Made by a program: the position numbers and the translations under genes. DNA of 64,000 nucleotides from Amoebidium appalachense. Its lineage: Eukaryota; Protista; Ichthyosporea. Below, one piece after another: positions 48,960-61,636 of this stretch. The notes beneath the pieces were generated by a model, which saw only the letters and a program-made list of their open reading frames with translations, was not told the DNA's origin and did no database searches. Each line of letters starts with the position of its first letter. Within the stretch, counting starts at the first letter, position 1. The stretch covers positions 186,001 through 250,000 of the forward strand of contig CAVNZM010000006.1 of assembly GCA_963693365.1 (NCBI GenBank), given 5' to 3'.

Positions 48960-49105
48960 AGGTTTATTCAACACATAGATAGCACCTTAACTAGTGTACT
49001 GTCGGTGCTGTGTGGTAGACGGTAGTTTCCCTAGAGGGCCTGAAAAGGCCCTCCGGGAACAAAACGTGATAAAATAAAATAAAATAAAATAAGGTTTATT
49101 CAACA
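48960..49105 (+). mobile_element. Short retroposon-like insertion (truncated LINE 3' end or SINE) with 14-bp direct repeats, hairpin and (TAAAA)n tail
   Basis: AGGTTTATTCAACA at 48960-48973 and 49092-49105 flanks 118 bp that contains GAGGGCCT-GAAA-AGGCCCTC and ends in (TAAAA)4. Confidence 0.65.
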
Positions 49106-49296
49106 TCAGTAAAAAAAAGAAATAGTTCTGCTCTTCTAGCAGAATCATAAAGCAAGGGCAGAATTATTCTGCTTGCTGCAGGAGAATAAACTTGCTCTAA
49201 GCAAAATAATTCTGTGTTTTCCCAAATAATTCGCGGTTTCTGAATAAAAACTGCCGTTGTGTGCTATTCTTGCTGTTACTGAGATTCAGTTAAACT

Positions 49297-49411
49297 CTGC
49301 TTTTGCAGAATTGTTCTGATTTTGCAGAATTATTTCGCTTTTGCAGAAATATGCTGCTTTTGCAGTATTATTCTGCTTTTGTGGAACAGTCCTGCTTTTG
49401 GCGGAATAAAT
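49297..49411. repeat. Degenerate 19-bp quasi-palindromic array x6 (CTGCTTTTGCAGAATTATT)
   Basis: Visible 19-bp periodicity; related TTCTGC/GCAGAA motifs at 49126-49215. Confidence 0.75.
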
Positions 49412-49454
49412 TCAAGTTGATTATTCTGATGTGTTTGTATCACGGTGTACATGT

Positions 49455-49513
<59 letters not shown>

Positions 49514-50603
49514 GGAAGCAACACGCATGAGGGGGAACACATACGGTCGGACATACAAACAGGCTGCAACGTGACACCATGGCAACAGCTTATGGACAGC
49601 TGCAGGAGAGGAGAGAGATTGAAACGGAAAGTTTATTGGCATTAAATAATAATGGGTTTGGCCCTGGGTCCTAGTTGTTTATTTGGACAGATTTCTTATT
49701 AGTAGGGTACCTTATCCATTAACCGTTTTCGCACCCGATCTATGCAATATCTCAGCTCCCAATAGAGATAAACGGGTCCTTTCTTTTTGTCGGAGTAAGA
49801 ATATAATGTAAATCTTCAGTTATTAAAATAAAAATAGTGCCTCCGGTCTAATTTAGTAGCAAAAACATGAAAAGCAAATGCTGTCAAGATCTCACCCATT
49901 AACCGAACATCTCGATCGCCCTACTGACACAGTCAGATTGTTATATGTACATTTGCACGGCACTCTGGCCATGAACGCCTGTGCAGGCAGTGGTATCCAC
50001 CACATGCAAATACAGTGCACACCCCTATCAATCCCACCTAGTGCTACGTAGTAGTACCAATACTCAACAAAATAGCAATACATGTGGCCATCCGATTCAT
50101 GAAGCTGGTCGTCGTGATTTTGGGTTTAGAACTACCCGTCGAAGTGTTACATGTTACTGCTAGCGCTTCCCATCTAGGCCCTGGGGAGTGTGGTACATGG
50201 ACATTCTAAAGTGGCCCTTCATTCCAGCAAACATACATACCATTCAGGAAAAAAAAAACTCAGTAACCATGTAAAAGTGAAAATTAACCCTCCAGTAATC
50301 ATGTACCGGATGTTCCGGGGGAAAGGGTTGTTTTCCTATTGCCGCTTGCGTCTGTGGGTAACAATTACCCGTGTGTGTAAATGCAGGCATCTGTCTACCT
50401 GCGTGTGGTACACACTCGTGCACTGGGCACATTTTGACCCGGCGATATGACCCATTATCTGGGCTCACAAGTGCGCGATATGATGTAATAGCTTGTAGGC
50501 TGCATACATGTGTGGCTAACTGGCATGTGCACGTTCGTGGAAGTCTAAGTGTGCGCATGCAGTGTGCCTTGCACGCGTCCAAGTGTACATGTCTGCACGT
50601 GCA

Positions 50604-52769
50604 TCACGCCGTGTGCACAAACCACAGGCAGTTGTTGCATGCCTTCATCTCCACCCCCAGCAGCCCAAATGGGACGTTGAATTCCCGCACCAACCGGTTG
50701 ACCTCCACTACCTTGGGCTTGGGGGGAAAGGGGTCAGAATGTGCTACAAACTGACGCGGTGAAAAAATGTCAATGATGTAGGACGATGTGCAAAAACGAA
50801 TACACACAGCCTCTAGAAACCGAGGGAGGGGGGGGGGGGGGGGGGGGGGGACGGGTAGCGAGCGCTTAAATCACATGTGTTGAGCGGAGAGGGGGAGAGA
50901 GGGGAGGGGCCAGGAACATCTTCGCCGTATTTAAAAAAATTTCTTGGGAAGTAACACGGTTTACATTGGGTGGCATCTTGGAAATGCTTATAATAAACGG
51001 AGCCACTCCTCAACACAATTCAGACGGCCTTCCAAAGCGCTGTTGACATGCTTCCTCGTGTGCATGCAGTGCAAATGAACATATCTTTGCATGGGTGGCT
51101 GTTACTAGGCTGTATGGACACTGACATATTTAAAAAAAATTCTTGGGAAGTAACACGGTTTACATTGGGTGGCATCTTGGAAATGCTGATAATAAACGGA
51201 GCCACTCCTCAACACCATTCAGACGGCCTTCCAAAGCGCTGTTGACATGCTTCCTCGTGTGCATGCAGTGCAAATGGACATATCTTTGCATGGGTGGCTG
51301 TTACTAGGCTGTATGGACACTGACATATTCTTGCTAGGGTAGGTGGGGCTGTGTGGTCATGAGTGTTGCACAATACGAATATATTCCTTGCGTCTGTGTT
51401 TCTTTAACAGGCCTTAAGCACAGGTCTCACCTCTACCGGCATGCCGTCCCTATCCAACTCTTCCAGAGACCAAAACCCCCCGCAGGCAATGGACTCTGCC
51501 AGCTCCACGGGCTGAGGGGGAAGAAGGGGGGTGAGTGTGCAAACGCGATGGGGAAGGGTGGTGGCTGGGCACTCTCAGAAGTGATGCTAGATGGTGGTGG
51601 TGGTGGGTGGGGGGGTGGGGGGGTGGGGGGTAGGGGGGGGGGGGGGGGGGGGGGGGCATTCATTACCCGGGTGTTTTTTTTTTTTTTTTTTTTTTTTGGG
51701 GGGGGGGGGGGGGGGGAAGACATACGTCCGGCAGCCACAGGGTGTGTGAGCTTCTCAAGCGGGTGATCAGGGCATCAAACAGCACCCGGCGTAGACCCAG
51801 ACCTTGCAGTGTGCACTCGATATGCTGGGCTGCATCGTCTGTGTGGTGGTGGTGGTATATATGTGTGCGTGTGTGAGTGGGGTGGGCAGGGGAGGGGGGG
51901 GGGGGGTTGAGTTCGCACAGAACAAGGTATAGCGCATTACAAACGGCATGAAGACACGGATTCCCAGAGTAAGTGACACATACATGGTCGGGGTGCAAGG
52001 GCTAGAAGGGCAGGGCGGGCGGGCTGGGGGAGAGGGTGGGGGGGGGGGGGGGGGGAGGATCGAATGCAATAAGGTGTGCATGTAGACGGCATGGGAAGGA
52101 AGTGGGAACGGTGTGGTTACAATTGCAAAGTGGACCTGTGGCATGCCATGTTTTTTCTGCGTGACGGGACTTTCACAGGATGGGAATGGTGGTATTTTAG
52201 CATTTGTGCCCAAAAGAATGCCGAGACAGTACAACATACAGGGCATAATAGGGAAGGTGCCTACCCGAATACCACAGTTGATGCTCGGTCGTGCTGCGAC
52301 TGGCTGCAGAGGAGGAGGAGGACGGCAGGGCTGTTTTTTTTTTTTTTTTTTTTTTTTTTTTGGGGGGGGGGGGGGGGGTTTAAGGTTCAAAAGAATCTTC
52401 AAATACGCAGCACACGTGTTGTCTGGGACCGTTGCAGTGGGAGGGTGGGGTCGGCGCTGCAAAAAGGTGCTGCATGTGTCCACTAAGGTACCCTTGCATG
52501 CACTCTCCAGGTGCAAACTGCATTAAGTCACATGGGTGACCATGACCACATACATATACAATTCGACAAGTAGACACACACACGTGCACACGAAAACAGG
52601 TGTCCACACAGTGCTGCAACTTATCCAAAACACACATGCAGTCACATCTGGCACGCACACTCCAAACACAGACACATTTACACGTGCATGTGCCCACACA
52701 TACCGTTTCACACAGACACACACACACACACGCACACAGACACACACGCACACGAACGCACACACGAAC

Positions 52770-52835
<66 letters not shown>

Positions 52836-52840
52836 CGCAC

Positions 52841-52884
<44 letters not shown>

Positions 52885-53226
52885 ACACACACACACACAC
52901 ACGCACGCGCACACACCTTCCATGTCGCCCGGAGTGCCGATGCTGATCATTGGCCTTGCATCCGTCTACACCCATCCACCGTGTGAGCCATGGAAGCAAC
53001 TAGACAGCAGTAAACACATGCACAAACGTAGTTTTGCGCACAGGCAGGCAGTGAGGAGGAAGAGTGAGTGGAGTGGGGGGGGGGGGGGGGGGGGAGGGGG
53101 GGCCATACCACGGAGATGTAGAGGGGGTTTGCTTTTGCCTGGGCACTGTGTGTGCGGGGGCTGGCATCTGGCTTGCTGCGTCGCATGAAGGAGGAGGCCA
53201 GGTCGAGAAACACATTCTCACCCTGC

Positions 53227-53265
<39 letters not shown>

Positions 53266-54031
53266 GCATGTGTGTGTGTGTGGGGGGGAGGGGGGGGAGG
53301 GGATGGCCAAGGGGGGAGGGGGGGAGGGGGGGGGGGGAGGTGGGGGGGGTGGATAGGGTAGGAGGGTTAGACGGCATGATATTCTCGGATAAGCATTGCA
53401 ACGATTGGAAGAGGGCAAGTGTGATCCTTTTGTGCAGATTGCAAGGGCCGACGCACAGGCTGCACCAAACAGAGACCAAAAAACATGGAGATAGGAGCTC
53501 AGGGGACGGAGGCCTGGCAAGGGGGGGGGGGGGGGGGGGGGGGGAGGTGGGGGGGTTCAGAATGTTGCCCTGTTTTCTTTGAGGGGGCAGGAGGACGAGG
53601 GGAGGGTGGGAGAAGGGGATAGGTGGCGGGGGAGGGGGGGGGGGGGGGGGTTACCTTGCTAGTTCTGATACGAGGTGTTTGGGGTGGCACAAGACCCTCA
53701 ACGAGGGGCGCAAGAGGGGACTGATCAGTCAGCCTGATGGAGGGGTTCACATTAGGTGTGAAGGGCACAAACCCTTTTGCAAATAAAAAGACATGAACAT
53801 GAATACAAATTGGCCATGGACTGTTCCTAATGCATGTCGTTCTCAGTAACCACTGTTTGCTACACAATCTTAGCTGTGTCTTCCACACACACATAGCACT
53901 CGGTTGTGTATGCATGCACACAGACAAACGTGTACACGACAGCATATCACACCATAACACACACGGGTACATGCGCACTGCGACACCCACACACATGCAC
54001 ACACAACACACGCCCTACACACGCACACACA

Positions 54032-54081
<50 letters not shown>

Positions 54082-54085
54082 GATA

Positions 54086-54155
<70 letters not shown>

Positions 54156-55206
54156 GTCACGCAAACAAACTCACAGACATACACATACTTGCGCGCGCAC
54201 ACGCGAACACACACACAAACACACACACACGTTTGCACGGGCGTTTGCTTGCACACACACATACTCACACACACACAAGAAGACTAACAGAGGGAGCCTT
54301 GCAGAGACATAGAGGGACAAAGAAGAGACACTTGGTTTACTAAGTCCCACACACTCTCCATAGGGCACACCGACACCCGCTTACATACATGAAAGTGTCG
54401 ATAGATACACAACAAAGAAAAGGCATGCTAGTATAAACTCCATAACCTACGATGCCGATGTGCTGTGTGTGAGTTTCTTGGAGAGTGACTTGGCACGCTT
54501 GAGGCCCTGCAGAAACCAGAGTTTATTATCATCAATGTGAGATATGGGGTGTGGGTCGGCCCTAAATATTGAAACAATAGAAATTTAGTTCACCTCTTTT
54601 TTGTTTGTGTTGCCTGGAGGGGGTCAGGGGGAGGGGGGGGGGGGGGGGGGAGAGGGAGGGAGGGGGGAGGGAGGGGGGGGGGGGGGGGGGGGGGGGGATA
54701 TATTCTGCGATCCTGGCAGTATGGCCGTGGTGAGGGTTGGGGATGCTGGTTCTTGTCTATGTGCAAGAGTTCTTAGTTGACGGTGTGCACATACTGTTGG
54801 GGGGTCAAGGAGTCTGACACGTGCGCGCTATGAGAGGGTATCGGTGAAATGGCCTTCAAGGCCTACGCCCATGGCGAGGGACGCTCATGCCAAGGTGCAG
54901 GTACCTACGTGACGTGTGTCTGTATATTGGAGTGCCCTACACAAAGACCTGTGCCCTTGCTGCGTAACTACTGATTGACAAAGATACGTGTGACCCTGTG
55001 CAATGGCCGGTCTATTTGGAATTTACAGTTTATCCCGGTTCCGACTCACCAAGGCTCCACATTTTGAGAACGAGTGCCTGCATGTTTGCATGCACGGCTG
55101 TGTGATATATGGTCATGATGTTCGCGTGCGTGCATTTTGCCACAGCCTTGTGTATGTCACGGTGTGTGTGTGTGTGTGTCTTTGTATGTGTCTGTGTGTG
55201 TGTGTT

Positions 55207-55264
<58 letters not shown>

Positions 55265-55592
55265 ACAGTTCGTGTGTGTGTGGGAGTGTGTGTGTCTTAC
55301 AGTGTGTGTGTGTGTGTGTGCGTGTGTGTGTGCACGCGTTCGGCGGTGCCACGGTGTGCTCTTGCGCACGTGAGTGTGCAGGTGCATGACAGGTGTGTGT
55401 GTATGCGGAGCGTATGCATGTGTGGTGTGTGTGTGTGTGCGGTGGGGGGGTCGCGCATGTGTGTTTGTGCGTGTAGCAGTGTATGCGTTACGCATGTGTG
55501 TGTGCGCGCACCTGTGTTTGTGTGTGTGTTGTGTGTGTGTGTGTGTGTGTGCGTGCGTGTGTGTGTGTGTGCGTGTGCGTGTGCGTGTGTGC

Positions 55593-55662
<70 letters not shown>

Positions 55663-55681
55663 ATGTGTGTGTATGCGTGTG

Positions 55682-55724
<43 letters not shown>

Positions 55725-55746
55725 GTGCGTGTGTGCGTGTGTGCGT

Positions 55747-55804
<58 letters not shown>

Positions 55805-56121
55805 CGTGTGCGTTTGTGTGTGTGTGCATGTGTATATGTGTGTGTGTGTGTGTGTGTGCGTGTGTGTGCGTGCTGTTAACATGACACCGTGTGCTCTTGC
55901 ACACCCTCAGGTGTCACAGGGTGGATGGATGAGGGTGTGACTGGTAATGCTTGGGTGTATGTGTATGTATTTGTGTATGAAAATAGGTCGTGTTACATTG
56001 TGCTGTTAGTCTAGTTTATCTTCATCTGCCGAGACCAGCTTGATGACGGGGTTACTACGTGTTAAGACCATCGTTCCCTGTGCATACTAACTGTGTGCCC
56101 TCTTTCTGTGGGCCGGTCCAT
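50604..56121 (-). CDS. Hypothetical protein (~209 aa); exons (minus) 56121-56092?, 54506-54451, 53733-53655, 53222-53109, 52965-52917, 51838-51726, 51511-51431, 50711-50604
   Basis: Seven or eight GT-AG-bounded exons join in phase without stops: ...[15 protein letters not shown]...[17 protein letters not shown]...[69 protein letters not shown]. No family recognised. Confidence 0.6.
50928..51329. repeat. ~200-bp near-identical tandem duplication in an intron
   Basis: TATTTAAAAAAA.TTCTTGGGAAGTAACACGG...GGACACTGACATA occurs twice head-to-tail with few substitutions. Confidence 0.92.
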
Positions 56122-58583
56122 GCTTGTGCTTTCCCCCTCAGCTACATTTCACCAACTCCAATTGTGCCTCCAAACCAGTAATAGAATTGTCGCCACTCAT
56201 GCATCACACCCTACATGTTCAAACAGAAACTCACCCCTGTATTGTCGTAGTCTTTTGGCGCGGACATCTGCCGGCCCAGCGTCCCACCTGGAAACCTCCG
56301 CTGCTGCAGGAGCGACATGTTGTCTGTGGCCGCACACCAGCGCTGAGTGCACGCCCACCTTAATCTAATAAATAAAGTATACTGATACAAAGTAGGTGTG
56401 TGCTGCTAATGGATGGGCTGTGCTATGGAAGTGGGGAACTCGTGAACAAAAGGCGACAAAAGTGGTTTCCAGTGTGTCATCAGTGCTCGCGGAGGGCTGA
56501 AATGCACAGGAATGAGCAAATAGATCTTTTTGGATCAAATCAATTAGCGGCGATGTAAATGCATGATAGATCTGATTTTTGTGTGGCTAAGCTTACAGAT
56601 AAGCCATATTTGGGCAACAATAGTTTAGTTTGACCACTAAGTGATAAGTGTCTCTGGATCCAATCTGAATGGTATCACCGGCGACCCATTCTATCAGCAA
56701 AACGGGGGACTCTAGAGTGCGGGGGGTGGATACTGACAGAAAGCACAGGCACCGAAAGGGGCGACATTCATGGCTAGGGCGTGTGGCACGTATAGAAATG
56801 ATGTGGTTTTGCTTCTTTTTCCACCGTTTATGTTCGTCTTTTTTTTGCGTCGCAACTGAACGGGTATTGGCCCCGAGAAGCTCTCGATATCGATGTACGT
56901 AGACATCAATCAGTAAATGACTGACTACAGACTGAACCCGGATCCGAACTTCGAACACACAACACGTGTAGTAAATTAACTAGCTTAGAAGGATAATATG
57001 AATACATCGAAGTTTTTACTATTTACTGCACAGCTAGTGCATAGCGCTGCATGCCAGAGCCAGTAAAAATGATGGAAGAATCTCACCCGCCTCCCACCCA
57101 CACACCCTGAACTGAAACGGCACCACCCACAGAACACCACACGCACACTGAGAGTTAGGAGCCTCACCGAAATCCAAAACCCACACAACCATCCCCTCCC
57201 CCTCCCCCCTCCCCCCTCCCCCCTCCCCCCAAACACACACACACACACACACAACACACAACCAACCTGCCAAGTGTGCCCACACGCATACAGACCCACC
57301 CAGCCGTGCGAGGTCTCAGGTCTGGTTGTTAGCATACGACGCAATAGCAACCCGGTAAGAACAGGCCAACATACCCCTGGCAGCAAAATACAACAACCAT
57401 CCCTTAAACTGCACCCATACCCAATCTAGGCACCACCATGTTTTTCAGCAAGCGTTTTTGCCACTTCAGCACACCACAAACAGGGCATCGTCCTAGTTGG
57501 ACCATTGGGAGACCGTGTTTAAATTTTATTGGGAGGTTTTGATTGGATGGCAGGCCTGGTGCCCCCCACCAGCAACGCTGAGGTAAGCAACCTGGGCTAA
57601 GTGTGTACTAGTAGTTAGGATTAGTAAAAGTGTGTGAGCTTAGCTGACTGCGCCATTAGCACCTTAGCTGGGGTACTGTAACAGTCGGTGATTATATTTA
57701 GTGGAAGACGGTGATTTCCATAAGGGTCCCCTTAGGGCACCCTTCTGCAACAAACCGGGATAAATTATAATAAATAGTAAGTAATAAATGAAAAAACACA
57801 TGCCATCACATGACCATGAGAAAGCTGCAAGGAGTGAAACCCGGAAGAGTAGCAAGTACTGTACTGTGCATGTATCAAAACAACTGGGGACCCGGGGTCG
57901 GGAAATAACGAAAGAAAAAGGAAAAAATTTGGCACATATCTGCCCGAGCGTAAATTACGAAAGCCACTAGAGCGTAAATACACGTGTGCGCAAACTAACA
58001 TCAGCCAGACCGAGTGTATTATTTTGCTGCAGCACTCTTATGACCTCTCCTTCAGAATCTAGGTGGTGGATATTAGCTGAGTCTTGAGTAAAACAGTCAG
58101 GGGGTGTATGTGGAAGTGTACGGTTGCAGGTGTCACGGTGCAGTTGTATTACTAGTATCTTTCGTGCAACCACAGTGCCCAATGTAACTGTACATGTCTT
58201 CTATGAGTACCGCAGTCACCGAATAGTGCACTCCCTCTAAACCAACAAACGTTACGAGGTAGGCTGCAATGTCGTGGAGAGGGGAGACACGAACGTAGTC
58301 GTCGTCGTTTGGGGGGGGGAGGGGGGAGAGGGGGAGGGGAGGGGGGAGAGGGGGAGGAGGGAGGAGGGGGGAGGGGGAGGGTAGGGGGCGGGGGGCGGGG
58401 TAGGTAGGTGTTGCAGATGATGCCAGGGGCACTTCTCTCCTTCCTTCCTCCCTCGCCCCCTCCCCCCCTTCCCCCCCCCCCCCCCCCCCTCCTCCGCTCC
58501 CTTCTTTGCCCACCCCCTCTTGCCTCTATTGCCCCCAAAGGCTTCCCGATCCGGAATAAATAGGTACATAGGATATCGAACCC

Positions 58584-58626
<43 letters not shown>

Positions 58627-58986
58627 CCCCGCCTGACCACCTTTTCAGGAAAGAAAGCCCTAAAGACCTTACACCATGGCGTTTTTCTCGCTCACCTTCT
58701 CTCAAACTTCCTTTTTTTTTTTTGTTCTGTTTGTGTCTTTGCTTTAACCCTTTTTTTTTGTCAATTTTTCCTCCTCTTATCATGTCTTGAATCAGCATGA
58801 ACTTCTCGTTGCATAACAATATCCTTCTCTTTTCCTCTTTTTTTTTTTTTCTCGCCGACTCGTTTCTCTGTTCCTCTTAAGCTTTCTTTCTTTGGTATGT
58901 TCTTTGCCTTCTTTTCTTTCCATTTTCGTCTTCTTTGTTTTCTTTCTTTTTTTTTTTTTCTCACTCCCCTCCCCCCTCCCCTCTCC

Positions 58987-59085
<99 letters not shown>

Positions 59086-59663
59086 GGGAGGGCGTGTTGG
59101 CAATTTCCTGCTTTCCGGATCGTACCACCCATGTCTCGAGTGGGCGGGGGTAGATGGTGTCGGCCTACCCCCACAGTGCCCCCCCCCCCCCCCCCCTCCC
59201 CACGTGCACCCACGAGGGGGGGGGGGGGGGAGGGGGGGGGGGGGGGCACAACATTGCAACATGACGCACAAATAAAATAACACTTTAAAGGCTAGTTATA
59301 AAGTCGGTCTACCGTTTAAGCACTGCAGGCGGTGTATGCGTGTTGTGTGCGTAGTAAGGCAAATTGAAAGGGTTTGGGGCGGGTGGGTTGCATGGGTGCA
59401 CGGCTGGGGTGTGTGGTCACATGATATTATGGTTTCGTTGCGGTAGGTGGCGAGATAAGAACGGCAGACAAAGAGCAAGAGATCCATCAAGCAAACAGCA
59501 CACACCTAATATGCCCTGCTATCCGCAGCCGAATGACTGTCTTTTAATTTGCTGGAGGCACCGAAACTCCTCCAATCACATGCTTCCACGACACTTGAAG
59601 ACTTCTTTGTTGTCGTTGTGCATGTACAAGTAAGAACGTGCTGTGGCATTAGGTCTCTATAAA

Positions 59664-59703
<40 letters not shown>

Positions 59704-60492
59704 GGGGGAAAGGGGCGGAACAGGCGGCACTGCACGCCATCATAATGGGAAGTCAACACAACATTTGGCACTGAGCTTCTGCAACACACTTCATATCAGA
59801 TTTTATTTCCAGACTTTGCACTTAAGTTCATATAAGCGTATTCGTAGATATTCAGAAAAACTCATTTCACTGCGGGGTTGCCGTTGCTGTACATAGCCAC
59901 ACGCATTCCACATTATATACGGACCAATTACAGAACGAGAACGGAAAACCGCACTACGTCCCATGCCACTCACTGGTAATGGGCCATGCCATACCCGGGG
60001 GCAAGGGAGGAAGGACTGTATGCCGCAAACGCAAAGTATCGTTAAAGAGCCATCATGTAGCCACAGGTATAAATCACGTGCCAGCCACTTTACAAAACAG
60101 ACTTGCATCAAGGTATTTACATCACTAACCCACCCCTACTTTCATATATATTGCATGTACCCCCCACGCGGGAGGAGTTTCATTCGAGTATTTTTAACAA
60201 GCCCTAAGTAAAATATGTATGTTTTAACTGATCATCATCATGTGGTTTAAAATGGGCGCCAGAGAGAGACCCTTTCAGTGCGTGGGCGCTCGACTGCCGT
60301 GTACGGCCTTGGGTCGACACTCAGCTCGCGTTCGTAGTGTGCAGCATAATGCGGCAGAGCCTGGGATGCCGCGGGCAAATGGTAGCCGTGCCATGGGTCC
60401 GAATGTGCACTGCAGGGGGGATAGACATGTCAGTAGGTGCTTTGGTGGGGTTTGTGTCAGACAAAACCACAAAATTCGTCATATAACCACAG

Positions 60493-61636
60493 TCATATTC
60501 GAAAGCAGGAAACTCGACTCAAAGTCACGTGTGTGTGTGTGGGTTTATTTATCATTGATGGGGTGGGTACACACCTGTGGGCCATGTGCATGAGCTTCTG
60601 CTCTGGCGAGTCGTAGTACATGGTCATGCTGGGCGGGGAGTCGGTGTATTCCGGAGAGCCAGGGCTGGGGATTGTTGGGCTAGACCCGGCAGAGGAGGGG
60701 GCCTTCTGGTGGTCCAACATGTGCGATGGCAGGGTGATCATGCCGGTGGGGTGTGGCAGCGCCATGGTGGCAAAGTTGGGCGAGTACACGGGGGTGTAGC
60801 TGAGAACAAACCTGTGCACACAGTGGGTTAGTGCTGTAGTTGGATGGGCAAATGTGTGCAGTCCCATGTATATATAGGCATGTGTTGCTTTTCCTTTCCT
60901 TCTATATGCTAACAGCAGCAAGGAAAGCAAGGAAAACACTTTCCCATAAGTTATCCTCATGGTGTCTGCCGTACACATTTCAACAATGTGCGAGTTAAAT
61001 CAAATCCGGATTGACAGCAAATTTCCGGAATTTGAACACAAAATCCAACAACACTCACCGTTGGACTAGGTGCTTGTGCTCTGCTGCGCGGTACTTCACG
61101 TTTGTGGAGTCGTAGCCATGGCGGTCTGGGTGCATTTGCCTGTGCAAAACCAATCCGTTAGTGGCAGCACAGGAACAAACTAATCACAGTGATGCACAGT
61201 GCTTGCTTTTGGGAATATTCGTAGGCTTTTTTTTTCGTGACAGCAAGGTAGTGCCTGGCAGTGTAGCACAAACACCTGTGCAACAAAAACAATTGCACTC
61301 TGCTAGATAACCGATACGAGCAGGACAACATTTGTTTGCATGCAATATGAATATATCTTGATGTATCACGAGGAAGGGGAAGAAATCCACATCCACACGT
61401 GGCCCAGTGCACAGCAACCTGCTCACAATACTTGCTGACCCCTGACATGACAAAAACGTACACAGACACATGGAAGAGCACACCTCCCACCCTCCCACCC
61501 AGGCACACACACTACACTGCAAGCACACACAAACGCACCATATGTGCTGTTCGATGTTGTTGCGCTTGGTGGGCTTGCAGCCGTTGCAGAGGCTGCACAC
61601 GTACTTGCCCTTGGGCATGCTTGCGGGGACACGCAT
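60493..61636 (-). CDS. Small protein with a single N-terminal C2H2-type Zn finger and Pro/Ser-rich tail; exons (minus) 61636-61539, 61139-61059, 60811-60493
   Basis: Spliced MRVPASMPKGKYVCSLCNGCKPTKRNNIEQHIWQMHPDRHGY...RFVLSYTPVYSP...SSPTIPSPGSPEY (CxxC-x13-HxxxxH); phases consistent. The 3' end is uncertain. Confidence 0.65.

Noticed and set aside
49027-49060. Hammerhead ribozyme or bacterial terminator at the GAAA hairpin
   Set aside because: No CUGAnGA core with a three-stem arrangement; no U-tract in a prokaryotic gene context.
56400-60200. Short ORFs (56593-56958, 57967-58513, 59803-60111) as viral or transposon genes
   Set aside because: No recognisable motifs (RT, integrase, transposase, capsid) and no consistent exon chain.
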